From contig MQRK01193085.1 of NCBI GenBank assembly GCA_001938485.1, positions 6,241 through 63,437 on the forward strand: a DNA stretch of 57,197 bases, in the 5' to 3' direction. Made by a program: the position numbers and the translations under genes. The notes beneath the pieces were generated by a model. It had not been told where the DNA came from. It saw only the letters and a list, made by a program, of their open reading frames with translations, and searched no databases. The DNA is from Girardia tigrina. Its lineage: Eukaryota. Shown in pieces: positions 11,634 to 24,538 of the stretch. How positions within the stretch are numbered: the stretch's first letter is position 1; each line of letters starts with the position of its first letter.

Positions 11634-12433
11634 CTTGAAAATTATATTCAAGAAACACATTCATACTGAAAGAGCTTTTTCAAATGATATAACAGAATTT
11701 ATTTTCCTTTTTCATTAAAAGTATCATTTGTATATACGCTCAGGCTGATGTATCTCCATTGATATTAGTTTGAAGTTTTGTAGAGGAACTTTTGAATTTG
11801 AATTTCGGAACCTTTGAATACTTTTTTGATATTGAGAAAACTAAATTTTATTTAGAGTATGTTTTTTTTAACTAAGTAAAATAAATAGAAATATATTTTT
11901 GATTAAAAAATCTATTTTAAGTCCATTCATTAAAAGTTTTTTTAATCATGGCAATTTAATTTGAAAAAAAACAAATCATGCTAATTTTCTGAATTCATAA
12001 CCGATTCCAATTTTTGAGGACCGATTCTTCTTCGTACGAAATTCGACTTTTGTAATTATTAGAAAAGTATTTTTCCTCATTAGCATAAAGTTATTATCTG
12101 CAGTTAATTATTTTTATTCCTCAATCTAATCTGATAAGTTTATTTCTGATATTTTGTTTTAATCGATCAAAACAGTTTTAACTTTTATAATAAAAAAATT
12201 TATTTTAATAATAGAAAAGGAAATTTAAAAAAATCATTTTGGATAATATTAAATATATAAGTTAATTTGTTTTTTTACCGTTCTGTTGATCTTCTCCTTA
12301 AAATTGTATTTCCCCTTCATTTCGTGTTACAAAACTTTTTATATTTAATTGTGATTAATTTTAATTTTTATAATTTTAATAATACTTGCTTTCTTTTTTC
12401 CATTCTTTATATTAGCTCACTTTCTATGTATCC

Positions 12434-12602
12434 ATGGAATTTAGAAACCTGTTTTTGAAGACTTTTTACTCAATCAATTTTCTCAAAACTTTGCACACTT
12501 ACTCACTTTCAATGATAATAAATAATTATGTGAAAATTTGACCAAAAAAGCTTTTTAAGATCTTAAAATTTGAGAAAAAACGGTCTTATCGAAGTTCCTG
12601 AA
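12434..12602 (+). repeat. Dispersed DNA-transposon-like subterminal repeat (inverted copy at ~35312-35480)
   Basis: ATGGAATTTAGAA(A)CCT.TTTTTGAA...CTTTTTACTCAAT...TTATGTGAAAATTTGA...GTTCCTGAA matches the reverse complement of 35312-35480. Confidence 0.65.
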
Positions 12603-14686
12603 GAAGATTAATTGAAAAAGATCTACTTATAAATTATAAGTAGTTTAGACTTCCCAAAAAAGTATTGATAAATTAATAAATATTAATAATATTAATAAGT
12701 GTAATTGTTATTTTCTCTTCTACAAAATATAACAAAAAATATTATCTTGGGCAAATAGAGTTCTGCCAGCATTATGAATTGATATTAAAAAAAATGATTT
12801 ACTAGTTGCTTTTTTATCGCAAAATTTTAAATTTTAATATTTGTTATAACTTTAGGAATTTTAGATATTTTTTTCGTAATAAATACATTTTGGATTCCTC
12901 ATTATTTATCTTTTATTTGATTAATTCTTTGTTATGAGGAATTTTGAAAAGAAAATAATAATTGATTTTCTCGACTCAGGGTATTTTATTCTTTTTATAT
13001 TTTTTCGTGTTACAAACAAGTTTGCCTTGGTTTAAGGTGTGGAAACGGTGTTCTGAAGACAAGCAATCAACATCAGCAATCATTTTTGCCCCACAACACA
13101 TTTGCTATATCAACCAAGATCAAGTGCAAAAAACCGAAAATCGTAGGTTTTCCACATTAAATATCTTATTTTTAACAAAACGTTTAGAAAAAATAGTAAT
13201 TAAAAATATATTTGTTTTCATTGAAACACAATTGTCAAAAGCAATTATAGTTTAACTAATAGTCTCTATTTTTAAGTCTTGGTTGTCGACAATCCGGGAT
13301 GTCATCTCTAATCCAATGTACTACTCTAGAAATCACTCAAGTCATTATTCCCGGACCGGATACTGCACCCATTTGGTAATAATCAAACGGAATTTCTATC
13401 ATGGATTATGCAACCAATGTTCTTCGCTTCAGTTCATGATAATTTTATCCGGTCACCAAAGGTGAACAACGACTGTGAGCAACTTGACGACTGTAAAGGT
13501 AAAGGTGGTTAAGGGAAGTAGTCAATAGCGCCCGTGACCGAGCCAATTTCTCTGTTTGGACAGGCAACATTTAGACCAGCAGAGATTCAGTCGAGTACTG
13601 TCTTGCTTTTCTGTTTAGATTCAATTCGGATATTCTTCGGGAAACAGATTTACCGAAACAGATTGCGATAGATCCACACAAATAGTTCTTGGTTTTCTTC
13701 CATAATTTATATTTATTTCGATAGATATTTATATCAAATAATTATTTTATGACTATTATATATTTGTATTAAACATGTATTAATAAATGAATTCTTACTA
13801 TTAACAAACGGACTTCACAATACATATAAATATATAATATTAATATGTATTGTATTAATATTAATTTTATTTTAACATATAAACATACTCTATCATAAAA
13901 TTTCAAATTCAAAAAAATAAAATGTTTCAAAAGTTACTTTTTTATTTCAATCCTTAATAATAAAAAGATTTTTATGAAGCAAGATGGTATGTACAGACTA
14001 AAATTCTAAAATTATTTCAATGTTAAAAAATACACCTAAAGAAAGGAAATATAAGTTTACAGTAACAATAAATGAAACAAAGAAATTCCATATAAAAACA
14101 TTTATTACATGAAAAGCAGAATGAGAACATAAAATAAGAAATTTTAAAAGAAAATGTATTACAATTGTTTCTGTTTTTGATTAATAATTGCAAATAACAA
14201 TAAAGATTCTTGAGACTGATTTTTATATTTTCAATAAAAATAAATTATTTTAGATTTTCAATTAGTATCAAATTCAAATATGATATAAGAAATTAAAAAG
14301 ATTATGGGGGTTAATCTCAGGAAAGAAACTCGAGTAGTTCTCTAAGAAACCCAGAAATTTTTATACTTCATAACTTTATGAAATTACACATTTTTACAAA
14401 ATTTTTATTTCTTGAAATTTATTTTATAATATTTTATTATTATATCAATTTCATTTTTAAATAATGTTTTTTTGATTATGTATTTCACATCTAAAATCTC
14501 AATTAATTCGTCTATGTAAAATCAAAATCTTTGGATGGGGTCTCGAGGCCCTAGTCTCATTATGTCTCTGATCATATTACAATAATCATTATGTAAAGAT
14601 TTTTAGTTATACCTATAAATAAAATATTAATATGTTTTTATATTTTATTGAAAATTAAAAATAACTCTGTAAAACAGGTAAAGAAA

Positions 14687-14735
<49 letters not shown>

Positions 14736-14989
14736 CTATTATTTATACTATTATTTAAAAACTTATTTTATATACCATNNNNNNNNNNNNNNNNNNNNNN
14801 NNNNNNNNNNNNNNNNNNNNNNNNNNNNNNNNNNNNNNNNNNNNNNNNNNNNNNNNNNNNNNNNNNNNNNNNNNNNNNNNNNNNNNNNNNNNNNNNNNNN
14901 NNNNNNNNNNNNNNNNNNNNNNNNNNNNNTTTGACAGAATATCCGTCATCATCATGCGATTCTGATTTTAGCTTTTAAGCTTATATATA

Positions 14990-16655
14990 CAGTCAAATTT
15001 GACTAATTCGAATGTGTGTAATCCGGATATTCCCGAAATCCGGATGATTTTTCTAAACCAAGTCTATATTTTGTAAATCTAATCCGGATATTTAAAAGAT
15101 ACTGATTATTTAATTTATTAATTATTTAGTTATTTCTGTTTTTAGCTATGGACAAGAAGCGAGCACAAACAGAATTTTCCTTAGAACACACGTATAAAAT
15201 CGTCTGTTTTGCAGAGCAAAACAATGCCTTAAAGCAAACTGATATCGCGAAACATTTTGATGTCAAAACGCAAACATTTTTTGATATTTTGAAAGGCAAA
15301 GAAAAAATTAAATGTCTCTTCAGTGAGAAATGCAGCACTGGAAATATTAAACGAATAAAATCAACGAAGTTTGAGCAGACATCCAAGGCTTTGCTAGAAT
15401 GGTTCACAATCATACGAACAAAACAGCCAACCATTCTGCTGAGTGGAGAAATTCTTAGACAAAAAGCAATGGTATTTGCCAAGAGTCTGTGAGAAATAAG
15501 TTGAGACGCAGAAATAGACACGCATTGGATAAAAGGGTGGAAATCAAACCATGGCATTTCTTCAAAAACAATGTTTGGAGAAAGTGCTGCTATTCCAGAA
15601 AAAGCCATTTTACACTGGAAGCAAGTAGTTTCGAAAGAAATCATGTAAAAATATCCTCCGCAAAACATTCTTAACTGCGATGAATGTGGCCTCTTCTGGC
15701 GGATGACACCGATCAAAACACTGGCATTTAAAAATGAAAATGTGCACGGTCAAAAAAAATCAAAAGAGCGCCTCACTGTACTCAACTGTGTGTTCATGGC
15801 TGGGGAAAAGTTTCCACTTGTAGTGATTGGGAAATTTTGGAATCCACGTTGCTTTAAGAATGTTTTAAAGGTTCCAGTAAGATAACTTGCAAATAAAAAG
15901 ACCTGGATGACTTCAGACTAGTTCAGTCAACAGAGATTTTGAACGTGGTTGAGGAAGATGAAATTGATGATTCTGATTGTCCTGTTGTTCCTTCGTTCAA
16001 GGAAACAATGCAAGCTTTGCAAGTAGTGGAACGATTCTTACTAACCTATACAGGATTCACTGATTCTCACTTACGTGCATTTTTGAATCTCAATGAAGAC
16101 GTGTTGATGGAGATGACAAAGGCGACAAAACAGACGAAAATAATGAATTTCAAGAAAAAATGGAAAATAATTCTTCAAGCATTAATTCTTCAAAACAGTA
16201 AGATGGATGTGTATCCTTTACAATCATGTTTTGATATCCAAAGTGCACACAGTATTTTTTGTTTTACATGTGAATGAACCGTTATCTGTGTGAATCTGAG
16301 GTGGTGTAGCTTTTAGCTTATTTAATTAGTGAATAAATGGTCTTTTTGTACTACTAAACTTCTCCAATTATTGTTTATTAATTCTTTGTTTAAATACTTT
16401 TAGGAATTGATGTTTTCACCTTGGAGATAAAGTAAATAAGCAATTTACTGTCTCCCTAAATTCCAACATAACTTTACAGCACTATCTCCTGTATAGGTTG
16501 GTAAAATTCAAAACTGGTTAATTCTTCATAAACCTGGTGGGAAACGGTAACATTGTAACAGCCTAAATAATTTTAAAATACAATTTACGTGTATTTTTTC
16601 TAATCCGGATTAATTTTCTTGGTCCCCACGAATCCGGATTACGCGATTTTGACTA
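14990..16655 (+). mobile_element. Tigger/pogo (TIGD-like) DNA transposon, internally deleted
   Basis: TA-flanked degenerate TIRs CAGTCAAATTTGACTAATTCGAAT / ATCCGGATTACGCGATTTTGACTA. Transposase pseudogene at 15148-~16160 with HTH-psq, CENP-B HTH (ALLEWF...LSGEILRQKA), DDE_1 start (NCDECGLFW, KKSKERLTV, PLVVIGK..NPRCFK) and C-terminal KQTKI; deletion near 15935. Confidence 0.9.
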
Positions 16656-16696
16656 TATTAAAGTGATGATTGTGTAATTGAATATATAATTGCAAT

Positions 16697-17052
16697 TTCA
16701 CGCAAAAGCTTTCAATAAACTTGATGAGTCACTTGATTGGACATTAATGGCTGTATTAACCGCTTTAATTATTAATGCCTCACATGAGACTCTTTACCAA
16801 TAATTTTTAAAATTGCTGCATAAAACTTTAAAATTATTTATTTCAACAGACGATTTACAATGATTTTTATGTTCAGCAATATTACTACTACCACTTAGAT
16901 GTCCATGCTCACAAGAGTTAATTCTCGGATCTTGTGTATAAATTTGATTGTAATGGGTGCAACGCCGCATACATTGGAGAGACTGTCCGTCATCTCTGTA
17001 AGTGCTTTTGTGAGCATGGACATCTAAGTGATACTAGTAATATTGCTAAACA
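16697..17052. mobile_element. Penelope-like GIY-YIG fragments in inverted arrangement
   Basis: Plus strand 16934-17052 encodes VYKFDCNGCNAAYIGETVRHL...EH...SNIAKHI. Minus strand 16697-16915 encodes the GIY-YIG tail (EALIIKA...INVQSSDSSSLLKAF). Confidence 0.75.
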
Positions 17053-17521
17053 TATATATATATATATATTAAAATACAAACTCTAAACATTTTAACACTA
17101 TAGGAGAATAATATTCTTAATTTTATCTTTCTAATTTTATATATCAAATACACTAAAATTACAAAAACATTTTAAGTGATTAAAAACAAAATAAAAACTA
17201 TTTACACAACAAATTCATTAAAAATAAAATTTATATAAATATACATATAAGGTCAATTTTTTTTCAAAAACAGAAATTTCTGTTTGAGAGAGACAAATTA
17301 GATTGACATTTTAATACATATATTTTTAGGAGAATCTTAATCAATAATTAAAATTAAATTATTAAAACCGAATTTAAATTAAAATGTAATTTCTTTTAAA
17401 TTTTATAAATCTAATAAATTAAAGTTAAAATTTTTAAATATTCATTTTCTAATTTAAAAAATAATTCAATTATATTTTTAGTATTTTAAAAGTAAAACAA
17501 AATAGATCTAAATTACATTTG

Positions 17522-17523
<2 letters not shown>

Positions 17524-17596
<73 letters not shown>

Positions 17597-17692
17597 TATA
17601 AATTTTAACATTTTTTTNNNNNNNNNNNNNNNNNNNNNNNNNNNNNNNNNNNNNNNNNNNNNNNNNNATCTATCTATCTATCTATCTATCTA

Positions 17693-17738
<46 letters not shown>

Positions 17739-17760
17739 TATAAATTTTAACATTTTTTTT
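17524..17760. repeat. (TATC)n(TA)n microsatellite duplicated across a gap
   Basis: The same block occurs on either side of the N-run; probably a scaffolding overlap. Confidence 0.85.
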
Positions 17761-18582
17761 CGTTTAAATTAAATAATCTTATGTTGCAACAAAACTAATT
17801 TTATATAATCTGTTTTTTTGTTGAAATTTATATTACTATTGCGTTTAGAAAATCGAGTATATATTGTTTATTTAGTTTAATGGAAGGAGAAATATTTTCC
17901 AAATTTTATTCTAATGGGACTGTCATAAAAGATTTACGAAAACGACAGAATAAATCGCAAAAAATTGTATTTCAATCGTTCTTCGACAGCAACAGTTGTT
18001 TGTTACCGAAAAAACACAAATCATTGCTCCTATCAATCAAAAGAGATTCCAGCGATCCTTTTACCTCTTGATGATTTTATCGCAGATTTTCTTTTACGAC
18101 AGATATCGACTGACGACAGCAATTAATTGGTTAATTAATTAAAATTTTCAATATTTATCATCATATTGGTAGTTAGTCGCTGTCATTTACTCCAAGAAAA
18201 GTATAAAATGAGCAGTATAAGTTTTGACAAAAGTTTTAAGAAGAGCTTAAAACAAAAATGCCTTGATAAGATCTAAAGTAATGTTCACTAAGCAGAAATC
18301 GTTTTATACTAAAACATAAAGATAGATGTAAAGATGAATGGGATATATTACAAAGTAAATTAAAAATTTAATAAATTATTAAATTAAATAAAATATTATG
18401 TAAATATTATATTATGTCTCTAAAAGTTTTATAAATTTTATTATATAATTCATTGGAATTTAAATTATAAATTATCTATTGTTATCTTTATTATAGTATC
18501 CTTTCTCTCCTTGCCCAAACATTTCATCGTATTATATTTCGAGAAAATTCATTGATCCTTAATCATTGAAATTTTGTTGTTT

Positions 18583-18585
<3 letters not shown>

Positions 18586-18626
<41 letters not shown>

Positions 18627-18703
18627 NNNNNNNNNNNNNNNNNNNNNNNNNNNNNNNNNNNNNNNNNNNNNNNNNNTATATATATATATATATATATATA
18701 TAT
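18586..18703. repeat. (AT)n microsatellite with gap
   Basis: Direct reading. Confidence 0.95.
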
Positions 18704-19680
18704 AACTTATATTTATAAATAATTATAAGCAAAATTAATTAAAAAAACATTGAATATTTAAATAATTAATAATAAAAATAGAATTAAATTAAATTAAAAA
18801 TAATTCTTCAAATTAAAAATTTTGTCATTTAAATTTTCTTCGTTTTTTTAAACAAATAAAGAATATAACGAAGACTCATCAAATCGAGTCAATTTAGCGA
18901 TCGTGTGTGTTCCCAGGAGAATTGCGTGGCTAGTAAATGAAGTGGCTCGATCTGATTAGTCAACAAATCAAAAGCAAACTTTGTATCAGATATTATGTCT
19001 CATTTTTATGATTGTGGAATTTTGCCGAATTTTCCATTTTTAAAATTTTTTCAAATTCCATTGATAAAAATAAATAACATTTATCGAATATGTAATTTAC
19101 TAATTGTAAATTTTTTTCAAATTTGAGCGATTATATTTTGAATTATAAGTTAAAATTTATTTGAATTTCAAATTTTATCGAGAAATGTTGATAATTTTAT
19201 TTTGGTTGCTACGAAATAATAATAAAAAATGAAAACCAATCTAAATATTTTTAATGGGCCTAGCGTGAACACTAAATCTTTGAGCTTCAAAAATAAATTG
19301 GCAACTCTAACACTTATTCCAGTCTACTTAAATATCGGGTGGAACAAGAAAATATCGAATATTTGAAGAAAAACATCAGAAATCATTTTACAGAAGAAAA
19401 TCAATCGAATTAATTTAGCAATTTTATGAATTTTGAACAGTACATTTTATTGACTACAAAAATAATTATTCCGATACGATGTCAATTATTGGTCTGTTAT
19501 ACTATCATATTTGTAACATTTGGCATTTTTTGTTTATTTAAATCTTCATTTGTGATTAAAATTCTGATTTTTTCGGTATTCCTGAACTTAATTTTATTAA
19601 ATTTATCATATTATTGTTTAATTTACTCTTTTGCTTTGCCTGAAAGTATTGTAATTTGATATGTATTATAGTGGTTTAAT

Positions 19681-22034
19681 CAGAGCTGGCACAAGGTTTT
19701 GCGGGGCTGAGTTCAAGACAAAAGTGCGAGGCCCTAAAAAACATATACAGGTATCCCTCCTACAACACGGTATCCTACAACACGATTTCACTCTAACACG
19801 ATTTTTTTTTCTGAAAACCTATTATAAAACGGACTTCTACAACACTATTTGTTTAAGAAAATTATATTATTGTCATAAAATACAATTTAAAATGCACATA
19901 CATCGAAGACATACAAGACTTATTAGTAGAACAAGAAATTGGAGAAGCAGATTTGGTGGAAATGGTATCCGAACCCCAAATAAATGAAATCGATTCTAGC
20001 TCTGATGAATATAATGAAGTTAATATTTTGATACTAAAAAAATTACAGGAATGATTAGACTTGGCCAAAAAATTGGAATTGTTGTCCTTGGATGCAGACC
20101 CTTGCGCTGAAAGAAGCCGAAAATTCAAAAGAGAACTACAAAATTGTCTATCGCCGTATCAAGAAATTTACAACAACCTTGAACGGACAAGGAAACAAGG
20201 CAAAATTGCGGATTTTTTAAGGTATCAACGGGCGAAAAAAATAGCAATGTAAGTTCAGAAGGTACAGATGATAGTATTCGGCTGAAAAAACATTCGCATT
20301 TAATGGAAGTGAGCAGCGACAATGAAAAACAATAAAAATAAAAATTCATGGAATTTTTTCACGGATATTTCAGCCTATTTTTGTTTGTTTTTTATGCATT
20401 TACGTGGGTTTATATTTGTTTTTTTGAATAATTAATTGAATTTTTATTTATTTTTTATCTTTAATAGAATTAATGTTCATTCCGTGGCATTTAAATGTTT
20501 CTTTTGGAACTTAACCCCACATTTTGTACCAGCATCTGGTCTCCTATAGCACGGTTTCACATAACACGTCATATTTTTGGAACCTATCGACCGTGTTATA
20601 GGAGGGATACCTGTACACGAAAAATAAACAAACAAGTAGAATTTATTAATTTCCAACAGAGTAATTACAAAAATTTATTTTATACAACAACTTATTTTTA
20701 AAGGTTTTTACTTGCTTTCTTTTAGGCTAATTCTTTAATCACTTTGTTGTAATCAACACGATTTGCAACCTCGTTTTCAATTGATAAAAGTGCCAGTGAT
20801 TCAAAGCGTTCCTGGCTGATACTTGAACGAAGTTAAGTTTTTATTAATTTGAGCCATAAATGAAGGAATAACAGACTTGAATATCTTTATCTCTTCAAGC
20901 ATGTCTAATCTGTCAACACCCTTTTCTAAATACGCATGTCAATCTTGGCAACATTTGAATTGTTCTTTCTCGTCCAGATTTACAAATTCACTATTATATA
21001 AAAAACTAAACATATTTTCATGTTTGCTTGACAATTCAAATCTATGTTGAAAGGATGACGTTGCAGTGTAAATTATTCCTAAGAAATAATTGACTCTGAA
21101 ACTTTCTTCATCACTTAACACTGTTATCTCATCCTCCCTTCGTAATCAAAGAATTTTCTTTTTTACCTCATTATTTACATTTAAAATGAAGTGATATTTC
21201 TTGTACAATATTTTTTGCACTAGCAATGACGTTTGAAAACCATTCATTTCTAATTTTTTTTTTAAAAAAATCAATCAATTCTTTTAAATGCTTGGTAACC
21301 ACATGAATATGCATTTTTGGATTTTGCAAAACTTTACTAACAATTTTTACTTAAAATAATATTTCGTACCACATGATAAGACTTACAAAAAATTTGAATG
21401 CATAGATTCTTTGTACAATCAACACAATTTCCTTTTTCAATGTACAGTGGGACAAGTTTGTAGCAACTTCTTACGGAGCATTTTGAAATTGGAAAAGTTG
21501 AAAACGAACGGCTCTAACCCTGTTAAAACGACATTACCACCAATTTTCTGACAGTGACTTGACATTTAATTTATTGATTTATTATTTTAAAACACCCTAG
21601 CAAGAAATCGATGTTGCGAACCTCGTATAAATATTTTGTAAAATGCAAAACAATTTCTAGCTTCAGCTTAACATCTTAATATGCCTTCTAGTAACAAATT
21701 TTAGTTGTGACTACCGCAGGGCACATAAAAAGCTTAAGGGTTTTCGCGCAATATATTTTTTGCACTCCTTGATGTATCCATTTCTTGTTCGTGCTGTTGT
21801 CATACCTTTGCCCACCACAGTCCAGCAAATTCTATCTCAAGTCACTCAAAATTTCTCTAATTTTTTCAAAAATTCTGATACCTGTTTTGTCTAGAACGTC
21901 TTTAAATTTAATAAGATTCTTTTATTTCTACAGAATAATATTTATATAACAAACTAAAACTGGTAACTGTTCCTTACGATTCATGTCTGGTATACAATCT
22001 AATACAATTAAATAATATTTCGTCTTTTTATAGC
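19681..22034 (-). mobile_element. hAT transposon (ZMYM1-like transposase pseudogene), 5'-truncated
   Basis: CAGAGCTGGC terminus at 19681. Minus-strand motifs KYYLIVLDCIPDMNRKEQL, GQRYDNSTN...GVQ...AFYVPCGSHN and EESFRVNYF, plus dimerisation domain KLIKT.LRSSISQERFESLALLSIENE (~20700-20850). Cut abruptly at ~22035. Confidence 0.85.
19748..20613 (+). mobile_element. Tigger-type non-autonomous deletion derivative nested in the hAT
   Basis: TA TSDs; 24-bp TIR CAGGTATCCCTCCTA(C/T)AACACGGT. Retains the transposase C-terminus DPCAERSRKFKRELQNCLSPYQEIY...KQGKIADF. Confidence 0.9.
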
Positions 22035-22046
22035 AGGGGAGGTTAC

Positions 22047-22315
22047 CCGTTGCCATGGCAACGGTTCCGGCTCACTTGGAAATGCTTCTGATTGATCCTT
22101 GGTACCCTAGCCTAGTCAGCAACAGTCGCGGTTGGTCCCTGATACCCTAGAAACGTTTCTCATTGGTTCCCGGTTCCTTAGCAACGGTTGCGGTTTCCAT
22201 AGCAACCGTCACCAAACGACATTTTTCATGAGCAAAGGATACAGTGATTCAAGGCGGTTGTAATCATGGTAACGGTTACCGTATCCATAGCAACTGTGAC
22301 CCTTTCCATAGCAAG
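22047..22315. promoter_or_regulatory. Cluster of RFX X-box-like palindromes
   Basis: GTTGCCATGGCAAC (22049-62), GATACCCTAGAAAC (22141-54), GGTTCCTTAGCAAC (22172-85), GTTTCCATAGCAAC (22193-206), GTAATCATGGTAAC (22260-73), GTATCCATAGCAAC (22281-94) and CTTTCCATAGCAAG (22302-15). Confidence 0.75.
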
Positions 22316-22659
22316 CAATGAAAAAAATGCTAATCAATCGCTTCACAGTGCACCAATGTGCTAATCGATACTTTAAAAATGCTTATTAATAGTGTACATT
22401 GTGCCGCACATTTCTAATGTGCTAGCATAGTACTTTTCAAGCTGCACATGTGCAAAAGTGCGAAAATCAATACATATAATTTTTTAAAAGTGCTAGTGCC
22501 AAAATCGATATCATGTGTTGGATGCACATTTTGATTTTCTATTTGAATGTGCAATTAGAATTTTCATATATTGATTACTTTTCCTATAATTAACATAATG
22601 TGCAAATTTACATAAAATTCACAACTATTTTAGAGGTACAAGAAAGCAGAATTTCAAAA

Positions 22660-23660
22660 AAAAAGTGCTGATACACTTGAATAGGAACCTGTGTACGTAC
22701 ATTCAGATTCCATATCAACATTTTCAAAAAAGTGTTGGAAAATCGATTTTTTCGAATATTTCTGAAATTCTCAAAAAAGTGCTTAAAAATCGATTTTTTC
22801 GTATATATATAAAACCCATATGATATATGTATGTTATTTAACATCAAACAATACCTCATGAATCGCCGAATGCACCTCATCAACAATCACACGTACCTTG
22901 GTTACCGTAACTAAGATAAATAAGCTTTTATATTATATGTAAAAGCTTTATGTATAAAACTCCTATAGTACTTAAAACATTCAGCGACATAATACATAAC
23001 ATCTACATTATCATCTAAGTACCTGAGCCTAGGTATCAACCATCAAAAGTACCTTGGTTTAATAACCATGATACATAGCCTTTTAATTTTATATATAAAA
23101 ACAATCGAAAACACCTTAGAAACCATCACCGTTACCATAAAAACCATGAAAAACACCTTAAAAATCATCGAAAACATGTAAAAACCACAAAAATTACACA
23201 AAAAGGTGCAAAAATCAATACTGCACTCGTCTGCACATGCGCTGCCCAGGCTTAGTACAAGTGTGCAAAATCAAAAAGTTCACAATTGTACAAAGTGTAA
23301 TATATTCATGTTTTTTATATAATATAGTGTAAAGTGGTGTCGAATGTCTATAGGGTGTAGAGGTTCAAGGAAGCAAAATATCAAAACTCTGTCTGAACAC
23401 ATTGATAGGAACTCATAGGTAAATAGCCGGAATATGATCTTAGATTCTCGAAAAATCAATACATAGTGCTTTATTGAGATTTGGTGTATTAAAGTGTAAA
23501 GTGGTGTCGAATGCCCATAGGGTATAGCCTAGGCAGAAGGCGAAGCAAGCAAAATATCAAAATTCTGTCTGAACACATGTATAGTAACCCTTATAGGAAT
23601 AGACAGATTCCATATCAACATTTTTGAAAAAATCGATACCAAGTGCTTTTTTCGAATAAA
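22660..23660 (+). repeat. Reiterated units within the X-box/TBP insert
   Basis: AGTGTAAAGTGGTGTCGAATG...AAGCAAAATATCAAAA.TCTGTCTGAACACAT at ~23326-23402 and ~23493-23578. CAGATTCCATATCAACATTTT at ~22704 and ~23604. Recurrent AATC(G/A)AT(A/T). Confidence 0.8.
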
Positions 23661-24000
23661 TGTGTGCAAATAATATATTATAGATATATATTGTATTATT
23701 ATAATATACTATGGTATCAATCATTATTGTATCAGCTATTTAAAATGTGACCATGTCCAAGTAACTTTCGTCATGCATCCATCATGTCAACGATTTGCGT
23801 CCATCATGTCAAAGAATTGCACAGTTAACATTTTATAGTATATATCAATATTATATATAATAAAAGTTGTTGTTTACAAGTTTATGAATAAAGACATATA
23901 TCAGACGAATATTTTCAACAAACATTTATTTACATAACATGTACAGATCCAAAAAAATATGCACATAGTATATATACAAGGTTTTGAATGAAGATATAAC

Positions 24001-24437
24001 TTAAATAGTTGCAAACAAAATATAGTCAAAAACACGTGTTACAAAATCATTATAGTTTAAATCTCTCAAACCGGTGATTACAATTTTCCCAGAACAAAAA
24101 CATTTACACATATTTGATTGAAACAAGTTAATCTCAATGAAGGAAGCATTTCAGGCTCATAATGATTCGGAGTAGTCTTTTTTAAAGCATTGATATTAAT
24201 AGACTCCCCATAATCTCATGTCACTGTAATGGATTGTATTGTAACATTGGTGATATTGTAAGGTAAAGTAGATGGATCAATAGGTTGTTTGCATCCCATT
24301 ATTCGACATTTTCCATTGCGGAAGAATATGATGGTATAATCTGGAAAGTGTAAAATACATTGACACGGTTTAGTGCAAAAATGGAAGTCTTTCAGACATT
24401 CTTCAGTAAATCCTTTGTAATTGATAATACGCAGCAT
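24001..24437 (-). pseudogene. Compact, divergent TATA-binding-protein-like gene (two TBP repeats), disrupted
   Basis: Repeat 1: ...YTIIFFRNGKCRIMG. Repeat 2: QSITVT*DYGESININAL...HYEPEMLPSLRL...ICVNVF/SGKIVITG (compare TBP YEPELFPGL...LIFVSGKVVLTGA). One TGA at 24216 and a 1-nt frameshift in a T-run near 24095. Stop TAA at 24001; AATAAA at 23925-30 (minus). Confidence 0.75.
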
Positions 24438-24538
24438 TTTGCTAAAAATGATCGCCAGTATTCATTTTAATTCAAATTTCAGCCTTGTTTCTATTTATTA
24501 AAAGTGACTCATTAAAAAAAATTAATAACAAGTGTTAG

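Noticed and set aside
15126-15716. 196-aa minus-strand ORF and similar antisense ORFs over the mariner, Gypsy and PolB
   Set aside because: Shadow frames of recognisable transposon genes on the opposite strand.
17524-17760. Tandem duplication of a microsatellite block
   Set aside because: Identical sequence on both sides of a fixed-size gap; most likely a scaffolding overlap.
22047-22315. CRISPR-like reading of the spaced palindromes
   Set aside because: The repeats are 14 bp, non-identical and irregularly spaced, there are no cas genes, and the context is eukaryotic.
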